A stretch of 64,000 nucleotides of DNA from Fidelibacterota bacterium (lineage in GTDB: Bacteria > Fidelibacterota > Marinisomatia > Marinisomatales > TCS56): NCBI GenBank assembly GCA_043822705.1, contig JBDRBK010000115.1:1-64000 (forward strand), in the 5' to 3' direction. Made by a program: the position numbers and the translations under genes. The notes beneath the pieces are model-generated. The model made no database searches, was not told the DNA's origin, and saw nothing but the letters and a program-made list of their open reading frames with translations. Below are positions 49,236 through 58,824 of this stretch, piece after piece; position 1 is the stretch's first letter, and every line of letters starts with the position of its first letter.

Positions 49236-50426
49236 ATGTTTGAACCGAATCGTTCCACTGGTCGGCTGGCCGGCATTCTGCTGGTCATCTTGATAGTCGG
49301 GGCCTGTGACAAGAATTCCGACGATCCCGCCGGCACTTTTTCAAAGACCTTCGGATTCGAATATCAGGATGAGGGAGCGGCCGTGCAACAGACAGCGGCT
49401 GGCGGCTATATCATTGTCGGGACGACCAATTCCTATCAGACCCTGGCGGATGTCTGGCTGCTAAAGACCGACCGGTACGGTGAGGAAGAATGGTCACAGG
49501 TGTTTGGCGGGTCTGGTTTTGATCGCGGCCTGGCCCTCGATCAGACCGCCGATGGCGGCTTTATCATCGGCGGTTATACCGAATCGTCCGGTGCCGGTTT
49601 GAAGGATGCCTGGATCATTAAAACCGATTCCCGGGGCAACCGGCAATGGGATAAAATCTACGGCGCTGCCAATGATGATATCTGTTACGACATCAAACAA
49701 ACCGGTGACGGCGGATATATCATTTGTGGAACTACAACACAGGCGGGTCAGGGGCTCAGCGATATCTGGTTGATCAGAACCGACCCGGGTGGTGAGCGGC
49801 AATGGAACCAAACCTATGGTTACAGCGGGTCGGCCGATCAGGGTTACGCGGTGCTGGAAACCCTGACCGGTGATTTTGTTGTGGTCGGCTATACGTCGCC
49901 GGGGGACTTTGGTTTCTCCGATTTGCGCCTGCTGCGGACTGATAATCAGGGTGCCATAATCTGGGATATAATTTATGGCGGTGACGATTATGACGAGGGG
50001 TATTCGGTTTGTGAGACCAGCGACGGCGGGTGGGTGCTGGCCGGTTCGGCTGAATCCTACGGCAATGGTCTGGATGACATCTGGCTGATCAAGCTGGACG
50101 CCGACGGCGAAATCGCCTGGGAACGGGTTTTCGGCGGCGATGGTCGCGACCTGGCCCGGTCCGTCGTGGAGACTTTTGACGGCGGCTTTATCGTGGTTGG
50201 CGCGACCAATTCGTTCAACACCGGCGATTACGATGTCTGGGTCGTCAAGACCGATAGCAGCGGCTCTCAGCTTTGGAACAAAAGTTACGGCGGTGAGCTT
50301 GACGATGGTGGGAATTCGATCTGCCGGACAGCGGACGGCGGCTATATAATCACCGGCTATACCAACTCAGCCGGAAACGGCGGCGACTTGTGGCTGCTTA
50401 AAATCGATTCGCAGGGGAATTACTGA
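49236..50426 (+). CDS. Beta-propeller repeat lipoprotein
   Basis: About seven repeats of 'QT.DGG(Y/F)II.G.T.S....D.W..KTD..G...W'. Confidence 0.75.
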   Translation: MFEPNRSTGRLAGILLVILIVGACDKNSDDPAGTFSKTFGFEYQDEGAAVQQTAAGGYIIVGTTNSYQTLADVWLLKTDRYGEEEWSQVFGGSGFDRGLALDQTADGGFIIGGYTESSGAGLKDAWIIKTDSRGNRQWDKIYGAANDDICYDIKQTGDGGYIICGTTTQAGQGLSDIWLIRTDPGGERQWNQTYGYSGSADQGYAVLETLTGDFVVVGYTSPGDFGFSDLRLLRTDNQGAIIWDIIYGGDDYDEGYSVCETSDGGWVLAGSAESYGNGLDDIWLIKLDADGEIAWERVFGGDGRDLARSVVETFDGGFIVVGATNSFNTGDYDVWVVKTDSSGSQLWNKSYGGELDDGGNSICRTADGGYIITGYTNSAGNGGDLWLLKIDSQGNY

Positions 50427-50518
50427 CGGCAGCCGCCGGGGCGGTTATTTTGTAATTGGTTTGATCAGACCGTCTCCGCCGGTGGATTGTTCATCATGCG
50501 ATCATTTTAACAAATTAT

Positions 50519-50548
50519 TGTAGGGGCACAGCATGCTGTGCCCCTACA
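50519..50548. repeat. Perfect 30-bp GTAG-type REP-like palindrome
   Basis: tgtaggggcacagcatgctgtgcccctaca is its own reverse complement. Confidence 0.85.
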
Positions 50549-50564
50549 GCATTATTATCATCAC

Positions 50565-50963
50565 GGGCAGCAACCCGAAGCGTTGGGGAACCATCCCGAA
50601 CCCTTCGGGAACCAACCCGGAGCTTTGGGGAACCAACCCGGAGCTTTGGGGAACCAACCCGGAGCTTTGGGGAACCGACCCGAAACGTCGGGGAACCATC
50701 CCAATCCTTTCGGGAACCATCCCAATCCTTTCGGGAACCAACCCGGAGCTTTGGGGAACCATCCCAATCCTTTCGGGAACCGACCCGAAGCGTCGGGGAA
50801 CCATCCCGAACCCTTCGGGAACCGACCCGGAGCGTCGGGGAACCATCCCAATCCTTTCGGGAACCATCCCGAAGCGTCGGGGAACCAACCCGAAGTGTTG
50901 GGGAACCAACCCAATCCTTTCGGGAACCGACCCGGAGTATCGGGGAACCAACCCAATCCTTGC
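50565..50963. repeat. Tandem array of 19 x 21-bp units, GGGAACC(aa/at/ga)CCC + 9 variable nt
   Basis: Units counted in an exact 21-bp register; a gggcagcaa variant brackets both ends. Confidence 0.95.
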
Positions 50964-51143
50964 GGGCAGCAATTCCGGGATTTGTGTAAAATGAAAATAA
51001 TGTGTTAAATTAATTACACCACCGGGGGCGAGGAATCCCGGTGAAGAAATACTTTCATATTGATTGATAGTCTGACTCCGGTCCGCCGGAGATTACCTGT
51101 AAATACGCTTGAAAGTAGTAATCTTTAGCTAAGGAGGGTAACA

Positions 51144-51458
51144 ATGGGTACACCAACTTTCGCCGAAACCATCAGTAACGGGAAGGTCATGCTCAGCGGC
51201 CTGCGGGCCCACGCCGCGGCCCTGGCCGTCCGGGGTATCGACGCCGAATTTATCGGCGGCTTTGAAACTGATATCAACGCCTGCGAGCAACTGAACAACG
51301 AACAGGAAGCCCTGAAAGCCGGGCTGAAAGCCAAGACGGCGGAACTGAACCAGCAGATGCAAAGCCTGAAAGCGCGCTACGGCGAAGCCAATCAACTGGT
51401 GAAAATCACCATCGATCATTCGCTTTGGCTGGAGTTCGGCATTACCGCCAAACGTTAG
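51144..51458 (+). CDS. Small coiled-coil hypothetical protein
   Basis: Strong RBS AAGGAGG; heptad-rich; ends 'WLEFGITAKR'. Confidence 0.75.
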   Translation: MGTPTFAETISNGKVMLSGLRAHAAALAVRGIDAEFIGGFETDINACEQLNNEQEALKAGLKAKTAELNQQMQSLKARYGEANQLVKITIDHSLWLEFGITAKR

Positions 51459-51668
51459 GCCGTTGGGTGCGACGTTCCCGACACCGGGCTCCCGCCGGCA
51501 GGCGTTCGGTTGACAATGATCTCTCTCATCAGGTGCCAGTTAAACCGGACGAAAATACTTGATTCCGAGCGGAATTTGGTATAGCTTCGGTTGTCGGTAA
51601 AACAAGACTTGATTACGCCCAACGGCAATGATTTTTTCGAAAGTCAGCGACCCGCGGGCGTATTTTTT

Positions 51669-52457
51669 TTAACCGACCTGATAGTACTGCCGGGGGTTTT
51701 TAACAAAAGGCAGGTAAATCTGGAAAATGCGGTACTGCAGGAGACGACGGCTTTTACCGGTCAGTTTATTGGCCCAGCCTGGTTTGCGTCCGGTTACCTG
51801 GTGCTTTTCATCGAGGGTATTGATCATGGCATGGATAATAATACCATATACCAGTAGAGTTTGCCGGTCATCCTGATAATCCAGGTTTTCCAGAATGGCA
51901 ATCAGGGGGTCGAACCAGCGTCTGAAACCCGCCTCGGCTAAAAACCTGTCGGTGAATTCCGCGAATGTTATCGTATAGTATTTTTCGTTGATTTGTTTAA
52001 TCAGCGATTCACCCATGCCGCGCTGCCAGCCCCGTTTCACGATTTGATTTTTACTGCTCTCGAGCGCCCGGATGAATGCCAGCAACAGCGCCCCCCGCTT
52101 ATTCAGGGCTAAATTGGTGTAGATGCCTTCCAGTCGCATGATCTGGATGCGCGCCCAGAGTTGAACGAAGAGATAAATACTGTCCAGGTAAGTGAACCAG
52201 TCGGAGAATTCCAGTCCTTCCGGCCGGTCAGTGTAACTGAATTCATCGAAATCGGATTGGGCCAGGTAGCGAATTTTACCGACCAGTTCATCGGCGGCTT
52301 TTAAAATCGGATCAAGATTTTTATTGATCAACTGGGCGGCGGACTTCCGGTCGTTCACTTTTTGGACATAAAAATATTCGAACAGTTTTACCAGCATCCC
52401 GCCACTGAACAAGGCAATTATAATTTTCAGCCAGCTCGGCTCGGCAATACTTCCCAC
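51669..52457 (-). CDS. Hypothetical protein with N-terminal membrane anchor
   Basis: 262-aa ORF with a hydrophobic N-terminus; no motif recognised. Confidence 0.6.
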   Translation of the reverse strand: MGSIAEPSWLKIIIALFSGGMLVKLFEYFYVQKVNDRKSAAQLINKNLDPILKAADELVGKIRYLAQSDFDEFSYTDRPEGLEFSDWFTYLDSIYLFVQLWARIQIMRLEGIYTNLALNKRGALLLAFIRALESSKNQIVKRGWQRGMGESLIKQINEKYYTITFAEFTDRFLAEAGFRRWFDPLIAILENLDYQDDRQTLLVYGIIIHAMINTLDEKHQVTGRKPGWANKLTGKSRRLLQYRIFQIYLPFVKNPRQYYQVG

Positions 52458-52729
52458 TTAAATTAATCCGGTTGAGTTATTGTAATCTTCAACGGTCGAT
52501 TTCCCTCCCGCACAAGGCTCATGAAAATATTTTCCGTCAATAAGCCCGCCATCAGATTACATTATAAATAGTAAAATTTCAAGGAATCAAACGCATTTGA
52601 TTGGGCTTAATACACTTCTTTCCCTCAATCCCCGCCTCAGATTAGCGGTATAAATATGTCCGCCACAGATGGTTAGCAGGATCGCCCGGATTAAAATCGC
52701 AGTACGCAAACCACCGATGAGTGATTCGG

Positions 52730-53191
52730 TCAGATCGTCCCGGTTTCAAGGATCGCCTTCAGATTGCGGCCTTCTTCCAGCATATGTTGGCGCATGGCCG
52801 CGATCCGGTTCCTGAATAACAAAAGAAAAACGAAATCGAGCAGACGATCGATGAATTTTACCCTCGAACCGATTTCGAGTTCGGCGGTAAAGCGGACGTC
52901 ATACCCGTTTCCCCGGGCCTCGAATGCCCCGCGTCCCATGCCGGCAATGGCAAATTCCACCCGCTGGTCCGGAACCACATTCGTGATGCGGAAGCGCAGC
53001 TTGTGGGATTTTCCATGGAGAAATTCCTCACATTCGATCTCAGAACCCACCGCCAGCAGCGATCCATGCAACACCCGGCAGGATACATGCGCCGGATGCC
53101 AGAGCGTATAGTGCCGCGGCATTTGCTCCAACCAGGCGAAAACTTCGCCGGGAGTTGTTCTGATATCAATGCTGTCGCGCAGTGAAATCAT
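52730..53191 (-). CDS. SRPBCC-family protein
   Basis: 'SIDIRTTPGEVFAWL...WHP', 'HMLEEGRNLKAILE'; AAGGAG RBS. Confidence 0.75.
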   Translation of the reverse strand: MISLRDSIDIRTTPGEVFAWLEQMPRHYTLWHPAHVSCRVLHGSLLAVGSEIECEEFLHGKSHKLRFRITNVVPDQRVEFAIAGMGRGAFEARGNGYDVRFTAELEIGSRVKFIDRLLDFVFLLLFRNRIAAMRQHMLEEGRNLKAILETGTI

Positions 53192-53278
53192 GTTTGCTCC
53201 TTCCAGGCTATTCTGCCGGATGTTGGCAACAGGTGCCGCGTGTACTGCGTCCGCCGGAATGGGTGACAAGTAGGGACT

Positions 53279-53608
53279 TCAATCAACGATGAACAGCTTG
53301 GCCCCGACTGCCGTGAGCGAACGGTGTGGTTCGGTGTTGTCGGCGACCTGGTAGCTCATCCCCGGCCTCAGGGTGAAAATGCGACCGTCTTTGAGTTCGG
53401 TCTGCAGCTCACCCTCAATAACCAGCAGGATATGGCCCTTGTCGCACCAGTGATCGGCGAGATAGCCCGGCGAATACTCGACCATCCGGACGCGGATTTC
53501 GCCGAATTGCAGGGTGCGCCAGTACGCCCTGCCGCGTTCACCCGGATATTCGGTTTTCGGGATTTCCGACCACTCGATGACATTAAAGGGAATGTCTGAT
53601 AATTTCAT
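53279..53608 (-). CDS. DHCW-motif cupin-fold protein
   Basis: 'RMVEYSPGYLADHWCDKGH', 'GAKLFIVD'. Confidence 0.9.
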   Translation of the reverse strand: MKLSDIPFNVIEWSEIPKTEYPGERGRAYWRTLQFGEIRVRMVEYSPGYLADHWCDKGHILLVIEGELQTELKDGRIFTLRPGMSYQVADNTEPHRSLTAVGAKLFIVD

Positions 53609-53641
53609 GATGAATCCTTTCGCTATTCCTAACCGCTTGAC

Positions 53642-54244
53642 TCACTGGTTTGTGTTGTGTCCGGTATTATTAGAATCCAGATAACTATCCATATCCAGTG
53701 CCACGCCGGCATCATTTACTGGAACATACCGCACTGCATTACCATGTCTTAGAATTATTTCCCGGGCGCCGTTATCGCCGCTGAGGGCCAACAGTTCGGG
53801 GGTCAATTCGGAAGAAAAAAAGGTGGGGTGGCCCATCCGCTCACTGAAGGTGGGGACCAGAATCAACGGTTTGATCCGCTCCAATTCGGCCAGCAGAAAT
53901 TCGATCGTCGCCGGTTGGATGAACGGCTTGTCGCCGTTGCAGAAAGCCCAATAATCCGGTTCTCCGGACGTATTTGTCAGGCCGGCCTTAATCGATGAGG
54001 TCAGTCCGGTGGCAAAATCAGGATTGTAAACAATGGTGATCCGGTCACCGAAGCGCCGGTTGAGCAGCGGCTTGATTTTTTCCCATTGATGGCCGGTGAC
54101 GACGGTGATTCCCATGTTCGAGTCGATGAAACTCCAGACAGTGGTTTCGATCACTGTCCGATTGCCCGATGGCAACAATAATTTGTTCGGCGGGTGGCGG
54201 CGGGAAAGTCCGGCGGCGGTGATGATCAATTGGGTCGTGGTCAC
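53642..54244 (-). CDS. MocA/YgfJ-like molybdenum cofactor nucleotidyltransferase
   Basis: 'AAGLSRR...NKLLL', 'SSIKAGL', 'GDKPF', 'GHPTFF', 'GDNGAR'. Confidence 0.82.
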   Translation of the reverse strand: MTTTQLIITAAGLSRRHPPNKLLLPSGNRTVIETTVWSFIDSNMGITVVTGHQWEKIKPLLNRRFGDRITIVYNPDFATGLTSSIKAGLTNTSGEPDYWAFCNGDKPFIQPATIEFLLAELERIKPLILVPTFSERMGHPTFFSSELTPELLALSGDNGAREIILRHGNAVRYVPVNDAGVALDMDSYLDSNNTGHNTNQ

Positions 54245-54978
54245 TGCACCGGTTCCAGATGATCCTTTTGTACGCTGCCGTACCAGGTGGGTCGGCCGGA
54301 GGCGGCGTAAATCGCGCGTGCCAATGCGCTGGCCTGACCGGGATGGGCGTCGGTCTTATTGACGAAATAGGTGCGCGGAATGGCCGGCGGTATTTTTGAT
54401 GAGTAGCCCTTTTCCGAGGTGACGACCCGGGTAATGAAAGCAGGCGTCAGCACGAAATTGTCGGCGATGCCCCAGAATTCGCGGAAGCGCTCCGGGCGGT
54501 GTACCAGTCCGTCGGCCAGGGTCGTGCCGACCACATCGGCGCCGACGATGACGATCACCCGATCGAAGAAATCCGGGACCATCGGGTCGTGATCGCAATG
54601 GACCTTCAACGGCCGGTTGCGGGCACCGTCGCATTCAACAATCGTGACATCGGCCTGGTCTTTGAATTGCTCCAATTCATCCATGGTGATGCCGTCCACT
54701 TTGTGGGCATTCAGGCAGGTGCCCATCACGCACAGGGGATTGTGGCGGGCGAACCAGGTGGCTAAATCGCCGCTGCCGATTTCATCCCGGCAGATAATTT
54801 TAGGGTCGGTATGAAATGCAGATTTGGTAATCGAGGTCAACAGGACCCGGCCAAACACTTGCACCAGTTCCCGGCCCAGCCGTTGCTGCAGACCGGTCTT
54901 GCCGCCGCCGCCCAGCAGGGCGATGCAGGCACCGGCAACCGGGGCACCATCGGGGAAGGCCAGAGCGGTAAAGTCCAT
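54241..54978 (-). CDS. yqeC: Selenium cofactor biosynthesis protein YqeC
   Basis: 'LGGGGKT', 'VECDGARNRPLK', 'VHRPE', 'FVNK'. Confidence 0.88.
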   Translation of the reverse strand: MDFTALAFPDGAPVAGACIALLGGGGKTGLQQRLGRELVQVFGRVLLTSITKSAFHTDPKIICRDEIGSGDLATWFARHNPLCVMGTCLNAHKVDGITMDELEQFKDQADVTIVECDGARNRPLKVHCDHDPMVPDFFDRVIVIVGADVVGTTLADGLVHRPERFREFWGIADNFVLTPAFITRVVTSEKGYSSKIPPAIPRTYFVNKTDAHPGQASALARAIYAASGRPTWYGSVQKDHLEPVQ

Positions 54979-55167
54979 GAGTTAATTTACGGTCCTCAGG
55001 AATAAATTGCGCCAGCCGCTATCGGCAACCGCTGATTTGACGGAAGACTGGCAAACTTCCCGTATATTTCGCCCGGGAAAAAACCGACTTAAGATCGCGA
55101 TTGAAAAATTGTCGTCGTGGTGCGGTCATCCCCGGTTCGATATCAATTATCAGGAAAAAGTACGACC

Positions 55168-56358
55168 ATGACCGGAATCATCCTAAAACCAGGCCGTGAA
55201 CGCAGCCTGCTGCGGCTGCATCCCTGGATATTTTCGGGGGCGATCAAAAAAGTCAACAGCGCTCCCCGGCCGGGGGAGACGGTCGATCTGTTTTCCGCCG
55301 ACGGCCGGTTCCTGGGGCGCGGGGCCTATTCCCCGGTTTCCCAGATTCGGGTGCGTGTCTGGACTTTCGACGAAGGCGAGACGATCGACGTGGCATTCTT
55401 CGAAAAACGGATCAAGGCTGCCGTGGCCCTGCGTAAGGCAGCGGGAATTGCGCAGCAGACGGACGCCTGCCGGCTGGTGGCGACCGAGGCCGACGGACTA
55501 CCGGGACTGATAGTCGACCGTTACGGCGCCTTTCTGGTCTGCCAGTTTCTGAGTGCCGGGGCGGCGTATTGGCAATCTACTGTCGTCGATATCCTGCGGC
55601 ACTCGCCCGGCGTTACGGGAATCTATCAGCGCTCCGATGCCGACGTCCGTGGCAAGGAGGGTCTGGAGCCGGTCCGGGGACTACTGTGGGGCGCGGAACC
55701 GCCGGAGTTGGTGGAAATCGTTGAAAATGGTCTAAAATTTCTGGTGGACATTCGCAACGGCCACAAGACCGGTTTTTACCTGGACCAACGGGAGAACCGG
55801 CAACTGGTCCGTTCCTGTAGTGCCGATAAGGATGTGCTGAATTGTTTCGCCTATACCGGCGGATTCGGGCTGGCGGCCCTCCAGGGCGGCGCCCGGCAGG
55901 TAACCAACGTGGAAAGCGTGGCCGGCCTGCTATCGCTGATCGATCAGAATCGGCAACTGAATTCATTAGACGAACAACTTTGTATGAACGTGAAGGCCGA
56001 TGTATTCCAATTGTTGCGACAATACGACGAAACGGGCCGGACCTTCGATATCATCGTTCTGGACCCGCCGAAATTCGCCGAATCGCAGAGCAATCTGCCC
56101 AGGGCCAGTCGCGGCTACAAGGATATCAACCGGTTGGCTTTCAAGTTACTGCGGCCGGGCGGGCTGCTGTTTACTTTTTCCTGTTCGGGTCTGATGAAGA
56201 TGGACTTGTTTCAAAAGATCGTGGCCGATGCCGCCCTCGATGCGGGGCGCGATGGGCGGATTCTGCAATGGCTGCGGCAGGGGGCCGACCATCCTGTGAC
56301 GCTGCCCTTTCCCGAGAGCCTGTACCTGAAAGGCTTGCTGGTTGAGGTTGTTGAATAA
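55168..56358 (+). CDS. rlmI: RlmI-like class I SAM-dependent rRNA m5C methyltransferase
   Basis: 'HPWIFSG', 'EADGLPGLIVDRY', 'GHKTGFYLDQR', 'LDPPKF', 'TFSCSG', 'YLKG'. Confidence 0.88.
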   Translation: MTGIILKPGRERSLLRLHPWIFSGAIKKVNSAPRPGETVDLFSADGRFLGRGAYSPVSQIRVRVWTFDEGETIDVAFFEKRIKAAVALRKAAGIAQQTDACRLVATEADGLPGLIVDRYGAFLVCQFLSAGAAYWQSTVVDILRHSPGVTGIYQRSDADVRGKEGLEPVRGLLWGAEPPELVEIVENGLKFLVDIRNGHKTGFYLDQRENRQLVRSCSADKDVLNCFAYTGGFGLAALQGGARQVTNVESVAGLLSLIDQNRQLNSLDEQLCMNVKADVFQLLRQYDETGRTFDIIVLDPPKFAESQSNLPRASRGYKDINRLAFKLLRPGGLLFTFSCSGLMKMDLFQKIVADAALDAGRDGRILQWLRQGADHPVTLPFPESLYLKGLLVEVVE

Positions 56359-56454
56359 CCCGTCACAAATTGATTTGTATATCCAGGCGAATCTGATTAA
56401 AATCGGCATCATTTCCTGCCGATGGCAATCCATTGGTATTCAAAGGAGGAATCT

Positions 56455-56979
56455 ATGCGCAGAATTTTACTCTTTTGTATGACTTTTCTTATGCTTGGCT
56501 TAATGGCCGGTTGTTCGAACACAGATGAATCCCTTTGCGATTTCGGCCTTTACCTGCTGGCGGATACTACCCTGAGCTATGCCGAGATTGCCGACAAATC
56601 ACTTGGTAAACTGAAATTGCAGGATAATCCGGTGATTATATCCGAAGACATTCAAAGTTACGAGGTATTGTATTCTTCCGATTCTACCTATTCTTTGTTC
56701 CATAGAATGGTAGTAACGGCTGCGACAGTCGATAAACTGGGATCGGAAATCATTCCTTATGTGGTGAAAGTCGGCTCCAATCGAATCTACCTGGGCGAAT
56801 ACTGGCCCCAATTGATGTCGATTATGGCTCAAACAGTTACGATGGTCAATATGGCGTATGTGGATTTAGTTTTTATTGCTAATAATGACACAGGTGCTGA
56901 ATTAATAAACGATTTCCGAATAGTAGCAGCCCTTGAACAGGGCGGGGTAGAGATCGTGTATGAAGATATCAGCAACTGA
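56455..56979 (+). CDS. Hypothetical lipoprotein
   Basis: AGGAGG RBS; lipobox MAGC. Confidence 0.65.
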   Translation: MRRILLFCMTFLMLGLMAGCSNTDESLCDFGLYLLADTTLSYAEIADKSLGKLKLQDNPVIISEDIQSYEVLYSSDSTYSLFHRMVVTAATVDKLGSEIIPYVVKVGSNRIYLGEYWPQLMSIMAQTVTMVNMAYVDLVFIANNDTGAELINDFRIVAALEQGGVEIVYEDISN

Positions 56980-57100
56980 ATAGAATCCATCATCATTTTG
57001 AACGGAATCGTGGTATTGGAGCTGATCCGATAAGTTTCCATCTCCGACTGAAATCTTAGTAAATTATATCGATAGAAAGGGCAAAGAGTAAGAATTAATT

Positions 57101-58735
57101 ATGGCACATTTGCAGTTTGAAATTTCCGGAAATATTGTCGATATATTCAATCAACGCACCTTCCCCGGCCGGATTGCCGTTGAAAACGGACGCATCGTAG
57201 CGATTGATGAAACCAGCCATGCCGTAGAACAGACTATCTTGCCGGGTCTGATCGACGCCCATATTCACATCGAAAGCTCAATGCTGGTGCCCACGGAATT
57301 CGCCCGGCTGGCGCTAGCGCACGGCACGCTGGCGGCGGTTTGTGATCCCCATGAGATTGCCAATGTACTAGGTGTCGCAGGGGTGGAATTCATGCTGAAA
57401 AACGCTGCGCGATCACCCTTCAAATTTCATTTTGGCGCCCCTTCCTGCGTACCGGCGACACCGTTCGAAACCGCCGGTGCGACCATTACCGCGGCCGATA
57501 TCGAACGGTTATTTTCCCGGCGGCAGCTCAAATTCCTCAGTGAAATGATGAATGTCCCTGGTGTGCTACTGGACCTGCCGGAGGTGACGGCCAAACTGGC
57601 TCTGGCCCGTAAATACGGCCGGCTGGTGGATGGTCATGCCCCGGGGCTGCAGGGATCCGCGGCCGGAAAATATATCGCTGCAGGTATCACGACCGACCAC
57701 GAATGCGTGACCCTGCCGGAAGCCCGGGAGAAAATCACACGGGGGATGAAAATTCAGATTCGGGAAGGCAGCGCCGCCCGAAATTTCGACGATCTGTATC
57801 CATTAATTGACGAATACCCGGGTATGTGCATGCTCTGCAGCGACGACAAACATCCCGACGACCTGGTGCGCGGGCACATCAACGAGCTGGTCCGACGCGG
57901 GCTGGCGGCCGGACTCAATCCATACAACCTGCTGCGGGCGGCCTGTCTCGCTCCGGTGGAGCATTACGATCTGGAGGTGGGCCTGCTGCGGGTGGGCGAT
58001 CCGGCCGATTTCATCGTGGTGGACGATCTGGCGCAGTTCAATGTGATTCGGACTTATATCGATGGAATCCTGGTGGCGGAAAACGGCTGCTCGGCATTAC
58101 CGGCCGTCGCGGTCGAGTCGCTGAATAAATTCAATTGCCAGCGCAAGCAGATTACCGATTTCGCCGTGCCGGCGGCCGGTAATAAAATCCGGACCATCGA
58201 TGTGATTCCCGGCCAGTTAATCACCGGTAGTGCCTTGGTCGAACCGTGGATTTCCGATGGGAACGTGGTGGCCGATCCCGGTCGCGACATACTGAAATTG
58301 ACGGTGGTCAACCGTTATGCCAATGCCAGGCCGGCGCTGGGTTTCGTGCGCAATTTCGGTCTTAAAACCGGTGCGATTGCCTCATCGGTGGCTCATGACA
58401 GCCATAATATTGTTGCTCTGGGCGCCAGCGACGAAGAACTATGCCGGGTGGTAAATCTGGTGATCGAACAACGGGGCGGAATCGCCGCCGTTGGTGGAAT
58501 GGAAGAAGTGATTATGCCGCTGCCGGTGGCTGGTATCATGAGCGACCGTGACGGACAGACTGTGGCCGGGCTGTATTCCGCTTTGGATCGCTTTGCCAAG
58601 GGTCTTGGTTCATCCCTGCCGGCGCCCTTCATGAGCTTGTCCTTCCTGGCCTTGCTGGTCATCCCCGAGCTGAAACTCAGCGATCAAGGTCTCTTCGATG
58701 GAATAAATTTTAAATTCACTTCCGTCTTTGGATGA
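57101..58735 (+). CDS. ade: Adenine deaminase
   Basis: 'IDAHIHIESSM', 'DPHEIANV', 'DGHAP', 'TDHEC', 'IREGS', 'SVAHDSHN'. Confidence 0.95.
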   Translation: MAHLQFEISGNIVDIFNQRTFPGRIAVENGRIVAIDETSHAVEQTILPGLIDAHIHIESSMLVPTEFARLALAHGTLAAVCDPHEIANVLGVAGVEFMLKNAARSPFKFHFGAPSCVPATPFETAGATITAADIERLFSRRQLKFLSEMMNVPGVLLDLPEVTAKLALARKYGRLVDGHAPGLQGSAAGKYIAAGITTDHECVTLPEAREKITRGMKIQIREGSAARNFDDLYPLIDEYPGMCMLCSDDKHPDDLVRGHINELVRRGLAAGLNPYNLLRAACLAPVEHYDLEVGLLRVGDPADFIVVDDLAQFNVIRTYIDGILVAENGCSALPAVAVESLNKFNCQRKQITDFAVPAAGNKIRTIDVIPGQLITGSALVEPWISDGNVVADPGRDILKLTVVNRYANARPALGFVRNFGLKTGAIASSVAHDSHNIVALGASDEELCRVVNLVIEQRGGIAAVGGMEEVIMPLPVAGIMSDRDGQTVAGLYSALDRFAKGLGSSLPAPFMSLSFLALLVIPELKLSDQGLFDGINFKFTSVFG

Positions 58736-58824
58736 TGCTCGATAAAAGCGCTAAATTTCACGGTTTGCTGTAATAGAAAAATGAAGAAAATACCTTACTT
58801 AAAAATGATTGCAACGGCGCGATT

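Noticed and set aside
50565..50963. CRISPR array
   Set aside because: The period is only 21 bp, the variable parts are 9 nt and reused, and no cas genes are present
50533..51008. Four overlapping repeat ORFs as confident CDS
   Set aside because: Open frames follow from a stop-free 21-bp unit; no clear RBS and no way to pick a frame
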